Positions 22,301-27,361 of a stretch of DNA of 64,000 bases are shown here, one piece after another. The stretch spans positions 7,753 to 71,752 of the forward strand of contig QQRY01000040.1 in the NCBI GenBank assembly GCA_003602575.1, written 5' to 3'. The notes below the pieces were generated by a model, which was given only the letters and a program-made list of their open reading frames with translations, made no database searches and was not told where the DNA came from. Within the stretch, counting starts at the first letter, position 1. Every line of letters starts with the position of its first letter. A program made the position numbers and the translations under genes. Source of the stretch: Candidatus Poseidoniales archaeon (lineage in GTDB: Archaea > Thermoplasmatota > Poseidoniia > Poseidoniales > Poseidoniaceae).

Positions 22301-25300
22301 TGGAAAGACCAAGGTTCAACACTAACTGGTACTGACCAAGCAGGATCTGTTGGTTTTAATGATGATAATACATACGGTGCTTTAGTAGTACTTTCTGGAA
22401 CTACAATTTCTGGTTTCGAAACTGGAATACTGAAGACTTCTGGAGACTTAACAGTATTGAGTTCTTCAACAGTTACTGCTGGTGCTAACGGAATTGGACT
22501 TTCAACAAGTGGAATTGATGTCATACTCAAGGACTCAACCTTTGACGGTGGAGCCTCGGGTCTAGCAGTTGAAATTATAGACAGTACATCCTCATCATTA
22601 GACAATGTAGATACACAAGGTACCGATGGTGTCAAATTCGTTAACAGCGAATTTACTTGGACCGGCGGTGCAATCTCAAACTCTGGTGTTGCACTTGAAG
22701 CAGAAGACTCAACTGGTGATGTCACCTCATTGACATACACTGGTACAGGAACTCAAATCTCTGCATCTGACGAGACTTACATCAACAGTATCGATTACAG
22801 TCTAGATGAAGCAAAGATGGTTGTTGACGCTACTTCAATTGTTGATGAATCTAACTGGTTGAGTATCAGTACTGACCACTTAGGATCAGCGCCTGCAAGT
22901 CAAGTTGGATTGATGATAACAGATTCATCTGGCAACTATGGGGCTTATGTTTCACCTACTTTCAATGCAGACTCATTGGATAACACAATGACTGTTGATG
23001 GACTTAATGATGACTGGGTTGGAGGAAACGCTCTAAATCCATCAGGATATGCAATGCCTGGTGAAGTTAGTACAGACTTCTTCGTAACAGCATCTAGTTC
23101 TACACTGTACATGGCTTTCAACGGCGTAACTTCTGCTGATGATCTGTATGTTTACTTCAATACCAACGACCTAGCAGGTTCAGATACCGATTATAATGAT
23201 GAGCACACGCTACCATTCGGTGCTGAACAAGCGCTAGTAATTGATTCAACAGGAAGTAGTATCTACTCATCTGGTCTAACTGGATGGACATTAGCTGCTG
23301 GTGCAGTACAACTAGATAGAACAACTTCCTTTGTTGAAGTTGCAATGCCTCTATCATCACTAGGTAGTAGTGTTGACTCACTAGATATTGTTGCAATGGT
23401 ACAAGTTGGAACCGATGTTTCAGTTGCTCATCCATCTCAAACTATTGTTGGGACTGGACTTGAGACACTAACAGACAGTTACTCGATGAACCTTGGATTA
23501 TTAGATCTATCAGATGGTACAATGACTGACCAAGTTATGCTATACCGTTCTTTCTTCAAGTCTTCAACACCAACAACAGGTCATACCTATGACATCATGG
23601 TTAAGACTGAAGCTGTTGCAGGACAAACTTGTGATTACGACTGGGCTACATTAGCAACTGAGAGTTTGACTCCAATATTGATGGACCAATCTCAATCAGT
23701 ATCTTTCGATATCCTTAGGGCATGTCCAGAGATTACATCTGCTCTAGACGATGTCGAGGTAATAGAGATTCAAACAGGATATGAATCAAGTTCTATACAC
23801 GACTTCGTATTGGCTACATTGGTCGATGATGAGCAAGATGTTGAAGCAAACATGAAGTGGGATATTACAGGCGACAATCTAGAAGCTTGGGATAATATCC
23901 TAACTGACTGGACTGACGTTACTGATGCTGACGGAACCATCTCGATAACACCGATTAACGATCAATTCGGAACATTTGAATTAGAATTCGTTGTTGTTGA
24001 TTCTCACGGTCAAACAGACTCGAGAACTATTACATATACTGTAACAAATGTTAACGACGCTCCTTGGATTTGTGATGCATTAGCAAATGTAGACCCAGAC
24101 TGTAGCAACGGAAACATTGAATTGTATACAGATGGTGTTACAGTCAATACTAGATACGAAGGTTTCACTTCAACCTCTAAGGCTCTTGGAGATGTTCACA
24201 ACGATACAGGTAACTCATTCGTACGAGACATGGATAACGAGAACAACTTCCCTCTGTCCGCACAAACCTACACTTGGACTGCTTCGGCAGACTGTGATCA
24301 ATTCACTGAAGTCAAGGTTGGATTGGATGCTAATGGAAAACAAGTTCTAAACATCGTTGAAAACGTAAACTGGGAAGAAGGTGGTATCTGTGATATTACC
24401 CTCAACTTAGAGGATGATGGTGTTGAGTTCTGTTTCGATACAGCAACAAATGCTGAAGTTACTACTAAGCCTGAATCTGATACACGTGCAGATTGTGAAT
24501 CTGCAGGTTTCGTTTGGTTAGGAGAAAACACAGCTCAATCAGTTGTTGTACCGTTCTCGGTTGCACCAGTTAACGATGAACCTGTAATTGCTGATGATAC
24601 TACTTACAACAATAACAATGGCGTATTGGTAGATTCTGCTGACTCAACAGTTGCTTGGGTTGCAGATGGTGTAGATTACAAGGTTACATTAGTTGAAGAC
24701 ACTACTGACTCTGATACACTAACCTTTGACTTGTCTTCTATCAAGTCTGATATCGACCACCTAGATGCTGATCTTTCTTGGACTCTAACTGATTCTGATG
24801 ACTGTGATTCATCTAACTACTATACACATCAAATCAACGGTGACATACTAGAGTTTACTCTAATACCTGATGCTACTACCAACGCTCCTCTGTGGGAAAT
24901 GGATATGCTAAACAACAATGGTATTCACCAAGTGAAGCCTACTAACGCTGGAAACTGTCCTATGCATCTTACACTATACGATGACTATGATGACTATGTA
25001 GCACTTGAAGGTGATGCAAATCACGTCTCTTCACACCCAAGATACACTAACTACACATTAGTTAACCCAAGTTCATACGTACCTCTGAGAGTTGAAGTTG
25101 ATCTTTATGTAACAGTCGACAATGTTAAGGAAAACGTTCCTGACTATGAGTTTAGAGCTGACAGTGGATTTAACTTTAACAGTGTAACAAACATCATGCC
25201 AGGAACTTATGTCCCAGTTGACTTTACAATCTTCTCTTCAACTACAACTGGAGACGAAGGTCCATACACATACGAGAGATTGTTGAAGGTAACTGTACAC

Positions 25301-26485
25301 AGCGATGGTCATACTGAGTTGGAAAGACCGGTCTACTACACACCACCTGCATACGGTGAATCACTATTCATTGATGATTGGCAGGTCTTCATCACAGATA
25401 CAACCACTGAAGTATGGGTTGAGATGGATGTCGTAACTTGTGTACCTAACACTGGACCTTGTACTCCAACTGAGAAGGTATTACAACAAGATACACCAAG
25501 TTCACACCTATCAACAGTAGGTGCTAACCCGAACCCTTGGTCAGAACCAGGTAAGTCTACATCTAACAGAGCACCTGCTTTCGAAGATCGTAACTGGTGT
25601 AACAACTTGATGTCCACCAATGCAGTGGCTACTGACACCCCATTGTCGACTGTTGTTCTACAGAACAACTGTCAGCACACTTCTGACTCTTACATTGCTC
25701 AAGAGTCCGGATTTAGTGCACAACAATGGCAGAACACTGGTCAAGAACTACCAAACGTAGTTGGAACAATTGGTGCTCTATCAGTTGCTTCATTTGCTCC
25801 AAGTTTGATTGCAGTTTGTATGACAGGTCTGTTTGTTAGCGTCTTGGTCTTCTCCAGCCGTCGTGAAGATGATGAAGAAGAATCCAATGTTGACGATGTT
25901 CTATCTGCTGACGAATCTGCAGTGAGCCCTGTTATTGCTACAATTTTGATGGTTGCAATTACTGTCGTACTATCTGGTGTTGTATATGTTTGGGCTGCAC
26001 AACTTGCAGACACTGACACTAAGGGTGTACCAATTGTCACCTTTACTTCTGACAACGTCGATTCAGGAAGCCCTGACACCGACCACTGGAAGATTGTAGT
26101 TGGACAAGCAGCATCACCATTGGCGACACAAGCTGTTGAAGTATCAGTAACTTACGTAGATTCTGCGGGAGATTTGCAAAGCATTACAGTGAACCTCGGT
26201 TCAACAGATCAGGTATATGGTTTCACACCATATAACAGTCCTAACTCTATAGTGACCTTTAGCGATCTAGTAGATGACTCGAACCCTGATGAACTAGTCT
26301 CCTCTTTCGGAGCAGGTGATGAGATTTATGTTAGAACTCACATCCAAGAGTTTGATTCTGCAGGAACTCCTACAGTACTTCATCCATTGGTTGACGCTAG
26401 AGTTTCAATAACATACTCTCCTCCAGTAGGTGATGGTGCATTGTTGAAGACATACACTGGTATGACTTGGAATGAACCTGTTTGA
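10382..26485 (+). CDS. Giant (5,367 aa) mosaic surface adhesin-like protein: signal peptide, DSYGDG/Cys modules, parallel beta-helix repeats, cadherin-like repeats, TM anchor, C-terminal pilin-like module
   Basis: The ORF is an uninterrupted 16.1 kb. The N-terminal signal/TM is KTVFGGVGIALLLCLLMVMMPFAS. PbH1-type repeats include ITGNTIRNGDYAVTTKDTQLVTIDSNIISDIEVAAVYVDGGDADVTDNTITDSLGGIRVEG. VNDAP/VNDEP domain-boundary motifs (TVTNVNDAPW, APVNDEPVIADD) are typical of cadherin-like repeats. The TM helix lies at nt 25757-25858. Confidence 0.85.
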   Translation: MKEMKNKRGKTVFGGVGIALLLCLLMVMMPFASTVSNGDTTEEISTEANSERIETEDSMLDGTDDSTFNAESYGYDADYEMIGMREQNSKVFIADDGGLDMVYSSEPLHYIGADNTWQDIDFTIESSQDGFEVTQTESPVHFESEFENGYSALFGGEFEITSGVDSMLVAINTPLSTIGTPGIQEESLGGVDDSSKDLVIEINPLYFETSKNTLTGGNKISYPLSDTIDLTYTVKQDKVKQEVVINALPHMYAELPEFRSSEYFGLYERFEIPVGHKLVSSDGYDLTGTELYQTNRHLSIVNIETGLEVVRIEAPIAHQASLDESTAEITSTYFLSVDEFGTSGSIITAIETSSLLSKDVSFPVTIDPTFNYVATGQNNYPVCDISENNCHSKTDGRYEYNNWGQMLDSPRFPFQFSATLPNGNALSPIESVTAKIYYDGDYDSGYADVIILEDCGISASGAPTGTNYLGQYANPSGCTGNALQAYSPPTSTGNPLYTYDPPTSRYRHYCTSWSNYCQHFSHFGYDNSNNYGFGYYVTADDGSSTNGIFPAGTYNWEVKDSYGDGMNNNANFRVYTRNAGGSVTNTMYGWSYLGQYTTGGSSSSGTFTVPAGQEFVLRYYCPSSTLSGCYTNENLMTIQQQSGTSLPSLSNGGNSLARGPDATLALGGGQEARMKWTCGTWCGENTIYWREAGQSWSGTNSWSPNYGSGQNYQTYYSNTEGVLIQNSGGSTMNLEFLVYDSYGDGTNGGSGLVQVDSLGTWGTVPATPWGLRQVSMTSSESLGYFNVPYTGGTGTRTVNLCTTTVECNDQSSPLAMLTDAVANAGYIEFGLGFANSPVSQSPDKTTGAATTGGGEFYVDKFELIIDFEEASDDTTPPVDMTEVHYQGNSYIEGPRTLMLEIEDSEHAIDTTAANGPKLWYSIDNSNYISAPATLMSSVCNAKEQTCAFTAQTIHLSHGNVVDYYWTYQDASAPTASKPNQGANPTQTSTVQFTLVDPLNAGTAQKMTTLVENVKANYDGGAKTPGNTIDRQMTYFADTNEYLFEFDTSECETYTSAGYSCFSTNSNNDYGHWDVIWQDAVNACSPGSSGCTGTSDNSLTLESLEGGQFDISRQLGVGTNLAFKYDTTAGAWVAVGVGDGSNGLRIQDRLDANAPDTVAETNGAVQGLVASSFTPSTTPTYTIGPGDYQVYSTDSYGDGPNGGVLRDGPGGNVLISGYSGNGGPSGASSTTVTVAAGTTMTLTYTCASWCYETTIYVVPALPDSQTAYSQTSSGNSYVWDNWGFTIDLSTTTFTGSFGEIDIGANDANIVCVTTNGLVYFMDTTSAACDADADASSVGGTWNGFALGASVQGEQPGKEGMLWSVRNIAPDPDITAPSIVHTSMGDSHALERTVSAIISDPGYQPTGLEVSSVADVGPTLHYEVYKTSGAPTGTFVSVPMVPEGDRALCADMECTWSADLPALSSDRDDSVVYKITAQDVSAAGGSANNGPNTATTSLATFKADTPTNTLVIEWQDYASNFAATDECSFQLIMYDVTNEFEFHYDESCSSDEVVGVIGHRLDQNTATTIENLVDSTQTGNPHSYNIRVTDGADGYSYEYFELGLSTPLPLASSNPAVAAGTSASFRTENCVQQFWSQLSNYCAGNIDIPAGFSFDFHGVTYDGDNGQDDRIQVSAAGVVSLLQNQPATSHTTVTPVHGVSWSGAMYDMDSTSPFYLDNSIAPWWSPASNDYCAQSNGCNGVWYRTIPFDGQGTPVTSDINVDTVWYLVDSPIRVNPTDSSGYLSVNANLEIEAGVEVIVAADKGISFDSGFVNGACTQFTVGDSSQTGRVSFNADQTTDPAATWYGLAFTDECQGATTDRHVFENVDISNTEFAAITAGSRPGSPSAQYTCGTPSQDCNVGEFEMTGMTFTNVDSAFAHGSGQGTVVTMSNFDVNGARSACFNFAENTIATLSGTPSNPSTMTNCNSANKDWGGAIVSEPGSTGGSLIMSNVLITDSLRTLVRVDFKTVVISSVVATNAADQNPASTAGTWAGDNSGVSLGLSHGSGASVDISDFSAPSYHHGWIYAAGSISMSNVDLGNGWTNSHYFDIKPFGSSGTTAGATGSDATFDDVTVANLYIHRTFPGTLNDITTSGVLNFYGMSTFAQDVELTGSSVIGGEVGVDGCGSNVMITGATIGGIWSSCNFGNKNVIDMTDTTIIHDTPGTSAMFLSLTKATLIEVDVQSSVIDGTSGWYAYVNPGSELYLIASTYTDTANSASAVDCADVNGATNNCLINFNSGFGQYASEVYYGGYANALAYRLGVVNGVPQQQILQSDVTITTQTLDSTGSVIAEVGSAITGTSPMGKTDKVVVLTGNQGGDVYSEHIVRASGAAGIGDVKPGDLIAFSNEVAQTPGTVFGDYTIGSYVDIRLIAPPVTFDSPNMDCNWMMNTNSTFMNAYDSVKDAFVFKGAALTVAADMTFDGCSIELEGSKMLFRSGTVTVMSNSITNTDGSILMTIDGDTGDAPEIIGENGAKVVDLDISLGGTVNMQAGTIQDMLVSNFKDGLLVVGAGGTLIMAGGAQILGSDLTGMGLSYPIVYADGGNIQVTTGQISGIGNTGAGLATSNAFVNANGLTVSNAYAGVWGEDSALTLDGFTSTSNTYGVVAEGAMTLPKIYRSATLQGIDVVNDMDACIYGYWNACGYWKTYSVDFSTYLGSQDYLQTGMEITFQGHIYDPYSGWTTPYVSMDNLKIKMSDNLGQTWTVDSSSDKGYYPYGSADPASGTTAATYTPGAIGGVPTWECSYQGFTYSPYSSFGAYGSRNFAGPGTMGDFFGVGAWGYPAEFGFRWTASDNPNIPGDPFPGFNWGTTHRYFSPYANFPGMNNRAPSGTVCGAVAQPAIPTLTQAGSSGILNFPVVDISDTSLTSVTMEVDVWHTYYHWRAGYHDNDVGDNTQIMARGSSNPAALGDWSTTLPNNGISIINSNINDADVGIDLRGDTVATFTDTVITNPSSFGVNTDGENSVTFDDLEVTDNTGAGLQNYGFFSGTTSSGDITIKDSDFSGLHTSLYFNNDVGTTVESTSVSGGDTGLRIGSQSDANYNLDGLTITNMDTGVDAAGTGKLTIKDCVFVSSNSFDVVIDDSRNAEFIDGSFSVKPLDDSSKVSVSGSGTLERSRSYFAVLDADSSPVANANVILSSRDASVFSAGTTDSNGLASGLAFSVFTMDSVGINDLTSLFNTYTITTVAQIGTYSYTDATTNSGDFRYKIASPTLVDEGYDSSTSVNYESYSLTDVVDVRICSNDNMHTVVASCAGTFADTDTRTYTSGMVEYGSEESIQDLSGTVDLSNMVIMSDTGSYEMKDGTTYNLDGSTILMTGYMGLYNIGQWTVEQPYGTTFSMDGGSVLGIYPEAPSGAPVGYALGGLGGFSDAPLSFDVNNVDFNGIATMSAFAGDYASSSSWSGMSAYNVGTFEVTGSSFSHFRGFNSLYANSVYDIDTCIRVAGGSGGLIQNNIFSDCTAGILFTQSDWLVDDSDPNTGATDDRYTTTPHPVNGSLQFTVDNNQFSGGAGFNVWVYNDANADQLTITNNDMNCNACEAHIAFYDETSVAPIITGNTIRNGDYAVTTKDTQLVTIDSNIISDIEVAAVYVDGGDADVTDNTITDSLGGIRVEGLTKPTEQVTYLVAGINTGMPQSTTTPFSYRNFLYGTYSDEISYTLEPGDEMIMDFTCGAYCYESEIRYKGAGQAFQTWDPNGATKNSLSDNLLFTAPGVYKFKMYDSYGDGPNGGSFRVLKAASGTWTLGSTGGPATVLSWTHNTLHSQYATGTGSNDDGIVIENLGTTPTTWAFRMTDTFGDGANGNSYIIEEAPAGTWAGTSGPSGAYVGGINDGIGPSFTNSNNNGDYSDWLEITLQPNKELRMVWDNCNAWCYESGMEYGEIAQSAALTWVGPDIHNNVITNTGFEPNAYGIRIESCDMTQYHISTISNTVNIGQDALVADSCTWKDQGSTLTGTDQAGSVGFNDDNTYGALVVLSGTTISGFETGILKTSGDLTVLSSSTVTAGANGIGLSTSGIDVILKDSTFDGGASGLAVEIIDSTSSSLDNVDTQGTDGVKFVNSEFTWTGGAISNSGVALEAEDSTGDVTSLTYTGTGTQISASDETYINSIDYSLDEAKMVVDATSIVDESNWLSISTDHLGSAPASQVGLMITDSSGNYGAYVSPTFNADSLDNTMTVDGLNDDWVGGNALNPSGYAMPGEVSTDFFVTASSSTLYMAFNGVTSADDLYVYFNTNDLAGSDTDYNDEHTLPFGAEQALVIDSTGSSIYSSGLTGWTLAAGAVQLDRTTSFVEVAMPLSSLGSSVDSLDIVAMVQVGTDVSVAHPSQTIVGTGLETLTDSYSMNLGLLDLSDGTMTDQVMLYRSFFKSSTPTTGHTYDIMVKTEAVAGQTCDYDWATLATESLTPILMDQSQSVSFDILRACPEITSALDDVEVIEIQTGYESSSIHDFVLATLVDDEQDVEANMKWDITGDNLEAWDNILTDWTDVTDADGTISITPINDQFGTFELEFVVVDSHGQTDSRTITYTVTNVNDAPWICDALANVDPDCSNGNIELYTDGVTVNTRYEGFTSTSKALGDVHNDTGNSFVRDMDNENNFPLSAQTYTWTASADCDQFTEVKVGLDANGKQVLNIVENVNWEEGGICDITLNLEDDGVEFCFDTATNAEVTTKPESDTRADCESAGFVWLGENTAQSVVVPFSVAPVNDEPVIADDTTYNNNNGVLVDSADSTVAWVADGVDYKVTLVEDTTDSDTLTFDLSSIKSDIDHLDADLSWTLTDSDDCDSSNYYTHQINGDILEFTLIPDATTNAPLWEMDMLNNNGIHQVKPTNAGNCPMHLTLYDDYDDYVALEGDANHVSSHPRYTNYTLVNPSSYVPLRVEVDLYVTVDNVKENVPDYEFRADSGFNFNSVTNIMPGTYVPVDFTIFSSTTTGDEGPYTYERLLKVTVHSDGHTELERPVYYTPPAYGESLFIDDWQVFITDTTTEVWVEMDVVTCVPNTGPCTPTEKVLQQDTPSSHLSTVGANPNPWSEPGKSTSNRAPAFEDRNWCNNLMSTNAVATDTPLSTVVLQNNCQHTSDSYIAQESGFSAQQWQNTGQELPNVVGTIGALSVASFAPSLIAVCMTGLFVSVLVFSSRREDDEEESNVDDVLSADESAVSPVIATILMVAITVVLSGVVYVWAAQLADTDTKGVPIVTFTSDNVDSGSPDTDHWKIVVGQAASPLATQAVEVSVTYVDSAGDLQSITVNLGSTDQVYGFTPYNSPNSIVTFSDLVDDSNPDELVSSFGAGDEIYVRTHIQEFDSAGTPTVLHPLVDARVSITYSPPVGDGALLKTYTGMTWNEPV
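25922..26482 (+). other. Archaeal type IV pilin-like N-terminal domain (Pilin_N/DUF1628-type) plus about 160-aa globular part, in frame at the C-terminus of the giant ORF
   Basis: VSPVIATILMVAITVVLSGVVYVWAAQLADTDTKGVPIVTFTSD... matches the class III signal-peptide/pilin helix pattern (SPVI..IL.VAITV.L). The usual P-x-V-x-F strand follows. TM1 and the acidic linker SSRREDDEEESNVDDVLSADESA precede it. Confidence 0.65.
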
Positions 26486-26508
26486 AGTGATTAACACTAC
26501 ACAGTGAA

Positions 26509-26643
26509 ACGGACGCATTGGGGAGGGCATATGTCCTCTCCAGTGCCTTCCGTACCCATTTATTTGGGTGAACCAACATAAGTGATGTTGGGGTAATAAT
26601 CCTGATACTGGGGGCTTTGCCCCCAGTGTCTTGGAGTCTTTTT
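26509..26643 (+). terminator. Train of four stem-loops ending in a T-tract downstream of the giant gene
   Basis: The hairpins are at 26509-26553 (about 19 bp with a small bulge), 26554-26569 (ACCCA/TGGGT), 26573-26591 (CCAACAT/ATGTTGG) and 26607-26627 (ACTGGGGGC-TTT-GCCCCCAGT). TTTTT follows at 26639-26643. Confidence 0.5.
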
Positions 26644-26683
26644 CTAAACGAGGCTTTTTGTTCATTGACTACGGCCATAGGTC

Positions 26684-27361
26684 ATGGGCCAAGATGAACC
26701 ACTCGAAATCAAGTGCGTAATTTTTGATTGTGATGGTGTACTTGTTGACTCAGTAAGTTCATGGAAAACTCTACATGATCATTTTGGAACAGATAATTCT
26801 CTAAATCTTAAAAGATTCATAGATGGAGAATTGACCGATGTCGAGTTTATGCGTTCTGATATTCAAATGTGGAAAGAAAAAAGCAACCCAATATATCGAG
26901 ATGAACTTTTTAGAGCATACTCGGGTGTGAAATTGATGAACGGAGCTAGGGAACTAGTGGCAGAATTAAAAGAAAAAGGTATTTTTGTGGCAATAGTTAG
27001 TGCTGGAGTTGATATCTTTGTTTCATCAATTGCTGCTATGTTAAAGGCTGATGACTGGATAGCAAATGGTTTTCATTTCAATGATGATGAAACACTTTCA
27101 GATGAAGGTATTTGTAGGCTACATGCAAGTAAGAAAAATTTGATAATTGATAAAATAATAAAGATGCATAATTTTTCTCCACAAAGTTGCGTATCTGTTG
27201 GCGATTCAGAAATGGACTTATCCATGCAAGTCGATGGAAGCGGATTTGTCGGCTTCAACCCTAGCCGTGAATCATCACTTAATGCATTTAAACAAGCAGG
27301 AGTTCCAATAATTCATGAAAAAAATCTACTTCTTCTGAAGCCATATTTTGGACTTGAATAA
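26684..27361 (+). CDS. HAD-superfamily phosphatase (phosphoserine phosphatase-like, subfamily IB)
   Basis: 225 aa. HAD motif I is VIFDCDGVLVD, motif III is the K in ASKKNLIID, and motif IV is VGDSEMDLSM. Confidence 0.7.
   Translation: MGQDEPLEIKCVIFDCDGVLVDSVSSWKTLHDHFGTDNSLNLKRFIDGELTDVEFMRSDIQMWKEKSNPIYRDELFRAYSGVKLMNGARELVAELKEKGIFVAIVSAGVDIFVSSIAAMLKADDWIANGFHFNDDETLSDEGICRLHASKKNLIIDKIIKMHNFSPQSCVSVGDSEMDLSMQVDGSGFVGFNPSRESSLNAFKQAGVPIIHEKNLLLLKPYFGLE

Noticed and set aside
10382-26485. Possibility that the 16-kb ORF hides programmed frameshifts, internal stops or selenocysteine/pyrrolysine recoding.
   Set aside because: The frame is continuously open from 10382 to 26485 according to the ORF track and my spot checks of motif codon phases. 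No recoding is needed to explain it.
26397-26678. Two overlapping minus-strand ORFs (93 and 86 aa) downstream of the giant gene.
   Set aside because: They cover the hairpin-rich 3' region and the end of the giant ORF. Their open frames are better explained by the palindromic sequence than by coding.
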